Virus record (IMG/VR): IMGVR_UViG_3300009610_000028
Coordinates: 1-64,000 of that record
Strand: one strand, 5' to 3'
Source: a virus
Length of the DNA: 64,000 nucleotides
The position numbers and the translations under genes were made by a program. This document shows, one piece after another, positions 38,144-47,854 of the stretch; within the stretch, counting starts at the first letter, position 1, and each line of letters starts with the position of its first letter. The notes under the pieces were generated by a model, which worked only from the letters and a program-made list of their open reading frames with translations, made no database searches and was not told where the DNA came from.

Positions 38144-39562
38144 ATGAACCTGTGGTATCTCTCTGTGGCCGCTGTGGCGTGCTACGCAAATGACAATGAT
38201 GCTTTCGTGCCCGAATTGTGGGCGAACGAGGGGTTGGCCATCCTCGAAGAGAATATGGTCGCCGCGAATCTCGTTCACCGCGATTTCGAGCCGGAGATTC
38301 GCAACTTCGGCGATGTGGTCAACACCCGCCGGCCGGGCACCTTCGGCATTCGCCGGAAGGTTGACGGAGACACACTGAGCCAGCAAGACGCGAACGCGAC
38401 GAACGTCCGTGTGCCTCTGGATCAGTGGTTCTACAACTCGTTCACGATCAAGGATGGCGAGGCTTCGCTGAGCTTCCAAGACCTCGTGGACATCTATCTG
38501 CTCCCCGGCATGCAGACCATTGCCCGCTCGGTTGACCGCGCGGTGCTCGGTCGCATCCATGCCTTCTTCAACACTCCGACCAAGCGAGCCGGCAAGCTCG
38601 GTGGCTTGGATTCCACGACCGCCAAGGATTACACCTTGGAGGCTCGCCAGATTCTCAACGAGAACCTGGCCCCTCTCGACGGACGCCGGAGCCTTGTGCT
38701 CTCGCCCGCGAGCGAGACCGGAATGCTCAAGAACGAACTCTTCATCCGCGCCAACGAGCGTGGTGATGGTGGGTCGGCTCTTGAGAATGCGACCCTCGGT
38801 CGTATCCTCGGCTTCAACACGTTCCTTGACCAGAACGTGAACAACATCTCGACTGGTGCCGAGACTATCGCTGGCACGATCACCAACGCCCTCGCGGCTG
38901 GTGGATCGGGCAGCCAAGCTTGCACCGTCACGGCGTATGAGGTCAATGTTGGCGAGTTCGCGACGGTGGCTGGCAACATGCAGCCCACCTACGTGACCGC
39001 CCGCACGGCTTCGACCAACACCACTGCCGTCACCTTCAATGAGGCCAACAAGTACGCCACGCTCGCTTCGGCGGTCCTGACTGTGTACAAGGCTTGCGAT
39101 GTCAACGGCGCTTACGCCGCTGGCTACAGCAAGGGCATCATCCTGGATGGCTGGAACACCGATCAGCCCCCGCAGGCTGGTCAGTTGGTTGCGTTCAACA
39201 CCGGCAGCAACCGCCGGACCTACACCGTCATCAACAGCGAGCTTACCGCCGCTGGCGAGCAGACTGTGTACCTGGATCGGCCGCTCGAAGTCGCCCTGGC
39301 GAACAACGACCTGGCCTTCCCCGGTCCCTACGGTAGCTTCAACTGGGCGCTGCACCGCGAGGCCATTGCCCTCGTGAGCCGTCCGTTGGCCATGCCGAAC
39401 AACCGCATGGGCGTGATGAGCCAAGTTGGTGTCCACAACGACATCAGCATGCGCGTCAGCATGCAGTACGACATCAGCGCCGGTGGCACCATCGTCAATC
39501 TCGACCTGCTCTGCGGTGTCGCGGTTCTCGATAGCCGTCTGTGCGTGCCGCTGCTTGGTTAA
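38144..39562 (+). CDS. Major capsid protein (P22 coat-like) with inserted domains
   Basis: PELWA-x-E-x-L-x-x-LEENMV...VHRDFE...GDVVN-x-RRP; G-x-LGRILGF; HREAIALVSRPL; D-x-L-x-GV. Confidence 0.92.
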   Translation: MNLWYLSVAAVACYANDNDAFVPELWANEGLAILEENMVAANLVHRDFEPEIRNFGDVVNTRRPGTFGIRRKVDGDTLSQQDANATNVRVPLDQWFYNSFTIKDGEASLSFQDLVDIYLLPGMQTIARSVDRAVLGRIHAFFNTPTKRAGKLGGLDSTTAKDYTLEARQILNENLAPLDGRRSLVLSPASETGMLKNELFIRANERGDGGSALENATLGRILGFNTFLDQNVNNISTGAETIAGTITNALAAGGSGSQACTVTAYEVNVGEFATVAGNMQPTYVTARTASTNTTAVTFNEANKYATLASAVLTVYKACDVNGAYAAGYSKGIILDGWNTDQPPQAGQLVAFNTGSNRRTYTVINSELTAAGEQTVYLDRPLEVALANNDLAFPGPYGSFNWALHREAIALVSRPLAMPNNRMGVMSQVGVHNDISMRVSMQYDISAGGTIVNLDLLCGVAVLDSRLCVPLLG

Positions 39563-39583
39563 TCCAAGGCAGTAGCCTTCATC

Positions 39584-39623
39584 GGGCTGCCCGGTCCAAC
39601 CGGGCCGGGCAGCCTTTCTTTTT
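39584..39623 (+). terminator. Rho-independent terminator after coat gene
   Basis: GGCTGCCCGGTCC/GGGCCGGGCAGCC stem plus TTTCTTTT. Confidence 0.85.
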
Positions 39624-39638
39624 ATCTCCGAGGGGAAC

Positions 39639-39893
39639 ATGCCCACGATTCTAGCAGTGGGTGAGTTTGGAGATGCGGTCGCACTGGTGAAACAGTTTGG
39701 CCCCTTCTTTCTCGCCGTAGTTTTCTTTCTGTGGCGGGACTGGCAGCGTGAAAACCGCCTCTCCAAACGCATCGACGAGCTAGAAGACGAGCATCGTCAA
39801 GTGCTTCTACCACTTGTCAAAGAGTCTTCGGCTTGCATCGCAACCAACACGCACGTGTTGGAACGCATCGAGAAATACCTTGACCGTTTGTAG
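39639..39893 (+). CDS. Small single-TM coiled-coil protein (holin-like, unconfirmed)
   Basis: One TM helix followed by a coiled coil, BhlA/UviB-like layout. Confidence 0.55.
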   Translation: MPTILAVGEFGDAVALVKQFGPFFLAVVFFLWRDWQRENRLSKRIDELEDEHRQVLLPLVKESSACIATNTHVLERIEKYLDRL

Positions 39894-39902
39894 GAACATT
39901 GC

Positions 39903-40409
39903 ATGCAACCGCCTATCAACAGAAATCTCAACCAGCGGATTCGCATGGCGCTCTACGCTCTCAAGCGGGACTACGGAGCACCAATCGACATCTACAAGCT
40001 GGTCAGCAGTTCAACCGACGTGCGGACAGGGGTGAAGTCAGTCACCAAAACTGTCACTCATGTGCGTCGGGCAATTGTAGTCCCATCAAGAATTGATCGT
40101 ATCGCTCAGCAAACGATCTCCCTTATCTCAGCGAACAAACAGTTCGTTACCGGCGGCACTTGGGACGCGAGTCAGCGCGAATTCATCATCGACCGCCGAG
40201 ACGTGCCAGTTCTTCCAGAACTCACTGCGGATGATTGGATTGTTTACAACAGCCGCAAGTATCAGGTCCGACAGATTGAAGCATTCGAGGTTGACGCCGG
40301 GTGGGTGATTGTCGCCCGCGAATTGGTAGGCGAAGTCCCCGAACAAATCTTTGATCTCTCAGCGGAATCACATCTTTCACTTACAGATGCCGCCGAGCTA
40401 ACGGCATAG
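39903..40409 (+). CDS. Putative head-closure protein
   Basis: Position; DDWIVYN-x-RKYQV beta pattern. Confidence 0.65.
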   Translation: MQPPINRNLNQRIRMALYALKRDYGAPIDIYKLVSSSTDVRTGVKSVTKTVTHVRRAIVVPSRIDRIAQQTISLISANKQFVTGGTWDASQREFIIDRRDVPVLPELTADDWIVYNSRKYQVRQIEAFEVDAGWVIVARELVGEVPEQIFDLSAESHLSLTDAAELTA

Positions 40410-40417
40410 GAGCAACC

Positions 40418-40930
40418 ATGCCGGCGAACCCTAACTGGGCACGATGGATTTTCGCTTCCGTGGCAGACACGCTCAAAGCGGTCGCCACCGACATTGACTT
40501 GCCGGTGCTCGTAGAGCACTTCGATGAGCGCACAGCCGCCTTCGAGCAAGCCACCGACAAAGTGGAAATTCGCATCACGGGACCGTTCACTCAGGAACTG
40601 TCTCACAACTACCACCGCATCTGGGTTGATGCGAACGTGCTTCTCACAAGCCGCTACGACGGCGCGAAGAAGAACCCGTTCAACATCATCAAGTACGCGG
40701 GTTTGTTTCACGAGGCTATGGCGGCCCCGATTCCTGTTTGGAATTTCGGGAACGAGCCAGGCGACTACCAGGATGGAAATGTGGATAGCCAGGTATTTCT
40801 TGGCTGCCTCGAACCTCGGCCTGGGAAGAACGACAGCATTCGAGTCTTGCACTTCGGACAGATGGACAAGACCGACAAGATCAAACAGACGGCCGTGGAT
40901 GCACGGTATGTCATCTACCTCAACGAATAA
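40418..40930 (+). CDS. Putative tail terminator
   Basis: Position directly before tail tube; size. Confidence 0.6.
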   Translation: MPANPNWARWIFASVADTLKAVATDIDLPVLVEHFDERTAAFEQATDKVEIRITGPFTQELSHNYHRIWVDANVLLTSRYDGAKKNPFNIIKYAGLFHEAMAAPIPVWNFGNEPGDYQDGNVDSQVFLGCLEPRPGKNDSIRVLHFGQMDKTDKIKQTAVDARYVIYLNE

Positions 40931-40945
40931 TAGCAGGAGATACGA

Positions 40946-41674
40946 ATGGCTCGTATTGAATTGCGAGACGCCGTTATCAAGATCAAAGACGGTCTTGCTG
41001 GAACGGCGCTCATCAACGAGAGCATGGCGATGTCGGGCGATACTGACCTGACCATCGACACTGTTTCTCTCAACACCACGGATACCGATCTGGTTCCCGT
41101 TGGTGCGCGTTTCACTGTGCAAGGCGAGACCGCGAGCACGACTGTTCACACTGTTACCCAACGCACGGGTAACCCGGTGACGAACATTGTCTTCACGCCC
41201 GCTCTCACCGCCGGCACCTATAGCAACAACAACGTCCTCACGTTCACCAGCCAAGAAGTCGAGATCAAAGTCGGCGATGGCGATGTGACCTACACGGAAT
41301 CGAACGAGTACAACTACGATCTTGATCGTGGTGATCTTGACACCGTGCGCGAGGGCAACCAAGTCCCGATGGATGTGTCGTTCGACATTGTGTACGAACA
41401 CATCACCACGGGCACGAATGAGACCATCTCTCCAATGGATGCTCTCAAGCGGAAGGGTGGGGCCACTGAATGGGTCTCCAGTGCGAGCGATCTCTGCGAG
41501 CCTTACGCCGTGGATGTCGAAGTCACGCACGCTTCGCCTTGCGGCACTTCGCAAGACGAGACCACGACCTTCCCCGACTTCCGTAGCGAGTCGCGCGAGA
41601 TCAGTTTCGCCGATTCGGTCATCTCTGTCTCTGGCCGCTGCAATGCCGTCGAACCCATCGTGGCCCGCAGCTAA
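40946..41674 (+). CDS. Major tail tube protein 1
   Basis: AGGAG RBS; position before chaperone and tape measure; acidic, beta-rich. Confidence 0.75.
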   Translation: MARIELRDAVIKIKDGLAGTALINESMAMSGDTDLTIDTVSLNTTDTDLVPVGARFTVQGETASTTVHTVTQRTGNPVTNIVFTPALTAGTYSNNNVLTFTSQEVEIKVGDGDVTYTESNEYNYDLDRGDLDTVREGNQVPMDVSFDIVYEHITTGTNETISPMDALKRKGGATEWVSSASDLCEPYAVDVEVTHASPCGTSQDETTTFPDFRSESREISFADSVISVSGRCNAVEPIVARS

Positions 41675-41684
41675 GGAGATATAA

Positions 41685-42707
41685 ATGGCACGGATTGAGC
41701 TTCGAGACGCCATCGTGCGTTTCAAGGATGGTTTTGGAGGGAGCGGCCTAGTCGATGACACGGCAATTGCTGGCGGCAACGACAGCTTGTCCATCGACAC
41801 GCTCACCGGCCTAACCAACAGTGTGACGCTGGTCCCTGTCGGGGCACGCTTCACAATCAACACGGTTGCGGACACGGTGTTCACCGTGACCGAATCAACT
41901 GCGAACGAGATTCAGCGGCTGACGATTGACGCTACTAGCGGCAACTTCACCCTAGACTTCGACGGCGAAGAGACCGCCAACATCTTGTTCAACGCGAATG
42001 CTGCCGCGATCCAAGCAGCGCTGGTTGCTCTGTCCAACATTGGACCGAGCGACGTGGTTGTCACCCTTGTGAGTGGCAGCATCTTCGACATCGAGTTCAC
42101 TGGAGTCTATGAAGGACTCGACGTGGCCTTGATTATTGCAACGGACGTGGACCTTTCCGGCGGTGGCGACACCGTGGGCGTGGTTCTCCGCGAGCCGGCT
42201 GCCAGCACGAACTACATCGAGTTCACCCCTGTCTTGGACGGCGGCGATCTGCCGGCGAACAACGACACGATCACGTTCCTGCCTCAGCAGATCGAAATCA
42301 AGGTGGGCGATGGCGATGTGACCTACACGGAATCAAACGAGTACAACTACGATCTTGATCGTGGCGATCTCGATACCGTCCGTGAAGGCAACCAAGTGCC
42401 GATGGATGTCGCGCTCGACATTGTGTACGAGCACATCACGACTGGCACCAGTGAAACCGTTTCGCCGATGGACGCCTTGAAGAAGAAGGGCGGAGCGTCG
42501 GGATGGTTTAGCTCAGCTTCGGATCAATGCGAACCCTACGCCATTGATGTTGAGATTGAGCATGCGTCTCCCTGCGGAACTTCGCAGGACGAGATTACGG
42601 TGTTCCCAGACTTCCGCAGTGAGTCCCGTGAAGTCAGCTTCTCGGATGCGGTGATCTCTGTCTCTGGTCGCTGCAATGCGGTCGAGCCGATTGTGACTCG
42701 CGTCTAA
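41685..42707 (+). CDS. Tail tube protein 2 (paralogue with ~95-aa insertion)
   Basis: Same MARIELRDA start; nearly identical C-terminal ~135 aa. Confidence 0.75.
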   Translation: MARIELRDAIVRFKDGFGGSGLVDDTAIAGGNDSLSIDTLTGLTNSVTLVPVGARFTINTVADTVFTVTESTANEIQRLTIDATSGNFTLDFDGEETANILFNANAAAIQAALVALSNIGPSDVVVTLVSGSIFDIEFTGVYEGLDVALIIATDVDLSGGGDTVGVVLREPAASTNYIEFTPVLDGGDLPANNDTITFLPQQIEIKVGDGDVTYTESNEYNYDLDRGDLDTVREGNQVPMDVALDIVYEHITTGTSETVSPMDALKKKGGASGWFSSASDQCEPYAIDVEIEHASPCGTSQDEITVFPDFRSESREVSFSDAVISVSGRCNAVEPIVTRV

Positions 42708-42727
42708 ACAGTTCTCAGTCAGTTCAT

Positions 42728-42764
42728 AGCCGGGCTGACGCTCTGCGCCAGCCCGGCTTCTCTT
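42728..42764 (+). terminator. Rho-independent terminator
   Basis: AGCCGGGCTG/CAGCCCGGCT stem plus TCTCTT. Confidence 0.7.
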
Positions 42765-42787
42765 AACTATGCGAGGGAGAAATCGCA

Positions 42788-43309
42788 ATGAAGATTGGTG
42801 GAGTTGATCCGAAGACTTTGACCCCGGAGTACACGCTTGTTCTTCCGCGTGGCGAGTCTGTCATCGTATTCAAAGCTCGTGGTCTGAAAGATTACGACGA
42901 GTTCAACAAGCTGTGCCCTGAGCCGTCCGTGCCCCGGAAGCTCACGAAGGACGGCTACGTTGATGACCTCAAGAACACAAACTACACGATTGATCGTGCC
43001 AGCTACGAGAAGCGACGGCTGGCTTACATGATCGTCAAGTCACTGGAACCATCGGCCATCGAGTGGGAGACAGTGAACATCGACGTTCCCGGAACGTGGG
43101 CAAATTGGGAAGTCGATCTCAAGAACTCGGAATTCTCGCAAGTCGAGATGAACCGAGTTGTCGGCCTTGTCCTCGAAGCGAACTGCCTTGACGAACTCAA
43201 GCTCAAGCAGGCCCGCGATGTTTTTCTACGTGGTCCTCAGCCGGGGTCGGCCGCATCAAGTGGCCAGACTACCGAACCGGAGAATACGCCGTCTGGCGTG
43301 CCTGCGTAA
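42788..43309 (+). CDS. Tail assembly chaperone (gpG-like)
   Basis: Between tail tube and tape measure; overlapping open -1 frame. Confidence 0.75.
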   Translation: MKIGGVDPKTLTPEYTLVLPRGESVIVFKARGLKDYDEFNKLCPEPSVPRKLTKDGYVDDLKNTNYTIDRASYEKRRLAYMIVKSLEPSAIEWETVNIDVPGTWANWEVDLKNSEFSQVEMNRVVGLVLEANCLDELKLKQARDVFLRGPQPGSAASSGQTTEPENTPSGVPA

Positions 43310-43470
43310 GGCTAGGCATTCTCCCGCCCAACGTGAATCCACGTTGGGACGAAAACGGCCCAATGACTCAGGCCATGATCGTCGCCTTCGATCAGATCAC
43401 GACGAACGACGAAATGGAGCATGAGGCTCGAATGCTTGGGGCAGGGAAGCCCTCGGCCAAGAAAGCATAA
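43217..43470 (+). CDS. -1 frameshift extension of tail chaperone (gpGT-like)
   Basis: Open -1 frame ...WPDYRTGEYAVWRACVRLGILPP...WDE...QAMIVAFDQI...KKA-stop; candidate slip site GATGTTTTTC at 43217-43226. Confidence 0.65.
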
Positions 43471-43482
43471 GGGCTGTGGACC

Positions 43483-44001
43483 ATGAAATTCACGGGCAAG
43501 TTCAAAGCACCACGACTGGCGCTCAAGCAATACCAAAAGCGCCTTGCTCAACAACTCAACACAGCCATCGCGGAAGCGACGGCTGAATGGTTGGGCGCAG
43601 TAGTAGATCGGGTGCCGGTGTGGAGTGGTGCATCACGCGCTACGTTCCTGCCGCTCGCCCGCGCAATCGACTACTCGTTGACCATTCAACCCTCCGTATT
43701 CGCAGGGCGGAATCGAGTCAACCTCGGCTTGTCACGATCAGACGGCGTAGTCGTATCTGATCCTGCCGCCGGCAAGTTCTTCATGCACTACGAGACGAGC
43801 TTACCGCATCTGATCTGGAACGAGTTTCACAACGCAAACATCGACCCCGATCCTACTAAGTTCCGCGACGTGGACCTTATTGACCCAGGCCCTTACGAGT
43901 TTCAAAAGCTCGGCCAGGAAGCCTTCGAGCGTTACGCGGCAGGCGTCTCTCTGCCTGATCCGTATCTTTCTCTTCGCGTCAGAACAATCCGGGTGAAGTA
44001 G
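43483..44001 (+). CDS. Putative neck/tail-completion protein (HK97 gp10-like)
   Basis: VPVWSGASR resembles the P-V-x-x-G-x-x-R motif of this family. Confidence 0.6.
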   Translation: MKFTGKFKAPRLALKQYQKRLAQQLNTAIAEATAEWLGAVVDRVPVWSGASRATFLPLARAIDYSLTIQPSVFAGRNRVNLGLSRSDGVVVSDPAAGKFFMHYETSLPHLIWNEFHNANIDPDPTKFRDVDLIDPGPYEFQKLGQEAFERYAAGVSLPDPYLSLRVRTIRVK

Positions 44002-47000
44002 ATGGCTGATATTACCCAGACACTCGGCTTTGACGCCGGGCAGGCTCTGGCTGCGCTCCAGCAGCTAGACGGCAGCCTTGCCACGTTCGAGGCACGGCTG
44101 CAAAGCACGGCGACTGCGCTCAATACCTTCAAGACAGGTGGGCGTGGCATCGCTGGTGGCTTCACGAGAATTGGTAACGCCGCTGGTACAGCAACCACGG
44201 CACTCAATTCATTCCATCAAGCGGCTGCGGCAGCGAACCAAGCGGCGGTCCCACAGACGCCCGCTAACATCCAGGCGCTCATCCAAACGCTCACTCAGGT
44301 TCAAAGTAGCCTGAACGGACTGGTTGGATCGGCGAACAAAGCACAAGCCGCGATCAACAAGCTCGCGACAAGCTCTGGACAGAATCTGAAAGCAGCCCAA
44401 GGGGCGGCCTCCAAACTGGTAGTCACCTTCGGCACGCTGGCACGAGTCGTACAGACTCAGTTGATTGTGCGTGCCCTCTCGACCCTGCGCAGCGGACTAG
44501 AAGATTCAGTCGGCCAGGCAATTAAGTTCGAGACGCAACTAGCTCAGATTCAAACGATTGGCGGGCAGACAGTTGGCAGCTTGGGCGCAATCGGCGCACA
44601 AGTCCGAGCACTCAGCGAAGAGTTCGCTCAGCCGATTGAAGACGTAGCCCAAGGCTTCTATGACATCTTGTCGAATCAGATCGGCAACGCCGCTGATTCG
44701 GCCCTGGTGCTCCGTGAGTCCTTGCTGCTCTCCAAGGTCGCTGTGTCGAGCACGGCCGATGCCGCGAATGCTCTGTCGAGCATCATCAACAGCTACAACC
44801 TGAACGCCTCCGACGCTGCCGACATTAGCGGCAAGCTGTTCGCTGCGGTGGATGTCGGGCGATTCGTGCTTAGCGACATCGCGAACACCATCGGTCGAGT
44901 GACAACGCTCGGTGCTGAGATGGGCGTCACGCTGGACGAAGTGCTCGCCTCTCTCTCGACGTTGACGATCAACGGTGTCAAGGCTGACGAAGCCATGACG
45001 CTCTTGTCGAATGCGATGCGTGGTCTGCTCAAGCCGACAAAGGCTATGCAGGCGGCGTTCGCCGAACTCAACGTCGATAGCGCCGAGATCGGTATTGCCA
45101 CCTTCGGCTTCCAAGGCTTCCTAGAGAAGTTGCGGGAGACGACGAATGGCACCGCCTCGGAGATCACCCAACTCACTGAGAACATCCGCGTGGGTCGCGG
45201 AGTGTTCGGCTTGACCGGAAAGGCCGCCGAACAATACCAGAAGGCCCTCGAAGAGATCAGAAAGAGCGGCGCGCAAAACGCTCGCGAGAAGTCGGCTCTG
45301 ATCCTGGAGACCAATGCTCAGCAAGTCCAGAAGGAATTTACCGAGCTTCGCAACCTGTTGGTTGTGGACTTCGGTCAGAAGGCTCTGCCTGTCATCAAAG
45401 AACTCTTCGACGCCTTCGGTGTCGAAGGGAAGACTGGAATCCTGGCGGTCACTGACTCCCTATTGTTCTTCCTTAGCTCACTTGCAAAGGCACAGAAGGA
45501 AGCCTCCGAGTTTTGGGGTCCGATCATCACGGGGGCCTTGCGGTTTTCAGACATCATCACACTTGGAATCATTCCAGGTCTCGGTGAGTTGAACGATGCG
45601 CTCACTGGCAACGCACTGAGCGTTGACCAAATCCGGCGCAAGCAGGAAGTGCAGTTCAATGAGTTCAGCAAGAACGTCGATCAAGAGGCCGCGCTGCTCT
45701 TGATCGCTGAGAAGAAGAAACAAACCTCTCGGCAAGAAACGATTGACATTGCGTTCAAGTCACAACTTGAACTCGCTGCTCAAGTCGATGCGATCTACAA
45801 GAAGGATCGCGACAGTGCCGTTGCTGCCCAGAAGCAAATCACGGATCGCATCAAGGGCCAATTGAAAGAGCGGCTCTCGTTGATCGAGAAGGTCATCAAC
45901 GAGCTTGAGAAGAAGCAGCAAGACTCGCAGCGAATCGTTGATAAGAATCGCAAAGAGAGTGCTGACCTCTTCCTCAAGGGCGAAGAGAAGTTCTTTGACC
46001 GACGCATTCGGTTTTTCAGCGAAGAGCAAAAAGCTGTTCTTGATATTCAGCGGTCACAGGAACTGAGTCGCCGAGCGTCCGACCTTGCGAACAAGCAGGA
46101 CTTCGAGGGCGCAGACGAGCTTCTCCAGAACGCAGACGCCCGCGCCAATGCGGCCTTGGAACTCGCAGACAACCGGCTCAAGGAAGCGAAGAGTTCCCAA
46201 GAGCAGTTCGACGCCCAACAGCAAATCCTGTCAGCAGAGAACGAGGTCAAGAGGGTTCTACAAGAACGCCTCAATCTGCGAGCACAAGAGAACAAGCTGG
46301 CAGAGGAACAAGCGGCTGCGGCTCAGAAGGAAATCGTTGCCCGTCGCGAACAGTTGAAAGACGCGAAGGAACTGATCGGTCAGATCACCAAGTTCCAAGT
46401 GCTCGCCAAGGATGAAGGCAAGAGCATTGGTGATCGAGAGACCGCGAAGAAAGCAATCGAGCCACTCGCAAAGCAGCTTGAAAGCGTCTTGAGTCGCGGC
46501 GATCTGAGCATCGAGCAATTTCTAGGTATCCAGGACTTCACAAAGAAGATTCGCGGTGACTTTGAAAGCGCACTCGATGGTCGGCCTGTCAGTTTGAACT
46601 TTGCCTTCCAAGAAGGCATCAACGACATCTTCAACAAGCTGAACGGACATCGCGTCGAGATCACTGGACTTATCAACAAGCTCGAACTGTCGAGCGAAGC
46701 GAAGTTCAGCGAAGTGACCGGAGCGAAGGAGATTCGCAAGGCATTAGTCGATAAGAAAAACGAACTCGGCAAAGCCATCAACGATCTCTCCGGCATCCCG
46801 CAGAGCGAAGCGAATCTCAAGAAGACTCGCGAGCGGGCTGGCAAACTAGCTTTAGACCCCTCGCTGGAAAATGCCAATAAGTTTCTCAGGGGCGATCTGA
46901 CTGATGTTCAGGCTGAGGCCGAGAAGGCAATTCAAGGCCAGGCGAACATCCTCGAAGTCCTGATCGACCACTTCCTGACGGCTCGGAAAGAGATGCAGGC

Positions 47001-47775
47001 GGAGGCTCAAACCCTCACGGGCGAAGAGAATCAGGTCAAGCGCGATACGCTTGTCACAGGTGCCGAAACTCTGTTCACGCTAGTCGGCACTCTCAAAGAG
47101 TTGCAAGAGGGCGCGATCAAGCTCCAGGCTCTCAAGAACTCTGAGTCCCAGGTAAACGCCGCTATCAACCAGAATCAGGCCGTTGGCCTGGGCGCTGAGT
47201 TTGATAAGACGAAGCTTGCGGAGAATCAGCAAGCGGCCATCGACAAAGCGAAAGAACTCAATGTGCAGACGGCTGGTGTTGGCACGGCTGCCATCGCCGG
47301 CGCTGCGGCGGCGGCTCAGCCGCTTGACGGTTTGAAGGGCAAGCTGGACGCTGCGGCAACTTCTGCTGCTCGACTGAAAGCGATCCTGAATGACATCAAC
47401 GCTCCCGACATTGAAGAACCCGATTTCGAGTTCGACATGCGGGGTGGAGTGATTCGTGGATTCAATCGTGGTGGTCGGATCAACAGTCGCTACTTCGCCA
47501 AGGGCGGACTCGCTCGTGGCACCGACACAATTCCAACGATGCTTGGCTCTGGCGAAACAGTCGTCGATGCCAAGAACAGTTCTCGCTTCTTCTCTCAACT
47601 CCAAGCAATTCGTGCTGGTGTGACGCCCAACTTCGACCGAAGTCCAGGCGTGACCCATCACAACACCACTGTGGGTGACATCATCATCCAGGGCGCTCAG
47701 CAACCTAACAAGGTTGCACGAGAAGTCATGTCTGCGATCAAGCGTGAGCAACGTCGCAACACGAGCCGCCTGTAA
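44002..47775 (+). CDS. Tape measure protein
   Basis: 1257 aa, Ala-rich helical; TP901-type core; FAKGG...GTDTIP-x-ML-x-x-GE-x-VV C-terminal motif. Confidence 0.93.
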   Translation: MADITQTLGFDAGQALAALQQLDGSLATFEARLQSTATALNTFKTGGRGIAGGFTRIGNAAGTATTALNSFHQAAAAANQAAVPQTPANIQALIQTLTQVQSSLNGLVGSANKAQAAINKLATSSGQNLKAAQGAASKLVVTFGTLARVVQTQLIVRALSTLRSGLEDSVGQAIKFETQLAQIQTIGGQTVGSLGAIGAQVRALSEEFAQPIEDVAQGFYDILSNQIGNAADSALVLRESLLLSKVAVSSTADAANALSSIINSYNLNASDAADISGKLFAAVDVGRFVLSDIANTIGRVTTLGAEMGVTLDEVLASLSTLTINGVKADEAMTLLSNAMRGLLKPTKAMQAAFAELNVDSAEIGIATFGFQGFLEKLRETTNGTASEITQLTENIRVGRGVFGLTGKAAEQYQKALEEIRKSGAQNAREKSALILETNAQQVQKEFTELRNLLVVDFGQKALPVIKELFDAFGVEGKTGILAVTDSLLFFLSSLAKAQKEASEFWGPIITGALRFSDIITLGIIPGLGELNDALTGNALSVDQIRRKQEVQFNEFSKNVDQEAALLLIAEKKKQTSRQETIDIAFKSQLELAAQVDAIYKKDRDSAVAAQKQITDRIKGQLKERLSLIEKVINELEKKQQDSQRIVDKNRKESADLFLKGEEKFFDRRIRFFSEEQKAVLDIQRSQELSRRASDLANKQDFEGADELLQNADARANAALELADNRLKEAKSSQEQFDAQQQILSAENEVKRVLQERLNLRAQENKLAEEQAAAAQKEIVARREQLKDAKELIGQITKFQVLAKDEGKSIGDRETAKKAIEPLAKQLESVLSRGDLSIEQFLGIQDFTKKIRGDFESALDGRPVSLNFAFQEGINDIFNKLNGHRVEITGLINKLELSSEAKFSEVTGAKEIRKALVDKKNELGKAINDLSGIPQSEANLKKTRERAGKLALDPSLENANKFLRGDLTDVQAEAEKAIQGQANILEVLIDHFLTARKEMQAEAQTLTGEENQVKRDTLVTGAETLFTLVGTLKELQEGAIKLQALKNSESQVNAAINQNQAVGLGAEFDKTKLAENQQAAIDKAKELNVQTAGVGTAAIAGAAAAAQPLDGLKGKLDAAATSAARLKAILNDINAPDIEEPDFEFDMRGGVIRGFNRGGRINSRYFAKGGLARGTDTIPTMLGSGETVVDAKNSSRFFSQLQAIRAGVTPNFDRSPGVTHHNTTVGDIIIQGAQQPNKVAREVMSAIKREQRRNTSRL

Positions 47776-47854
47776 CTGAGTGGCCGCAACGTGTGGCCCT
47801 CTTCTTTTGCCGCCGGCTCAGGCGGTCGCGCATTCATCTCTTTGGGGAGACCCT

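Noticed and set aside
38072-39772. 566-aa minus-strand ORF
   Set aside because: Antisense shadow of the coat gene; strong codon bias keeps the reverse frame open; no motifs.
40262-41884. 540-aa minus-strand ORF
   Set aside because: Antisense shadow of tail terminator and tube genes.
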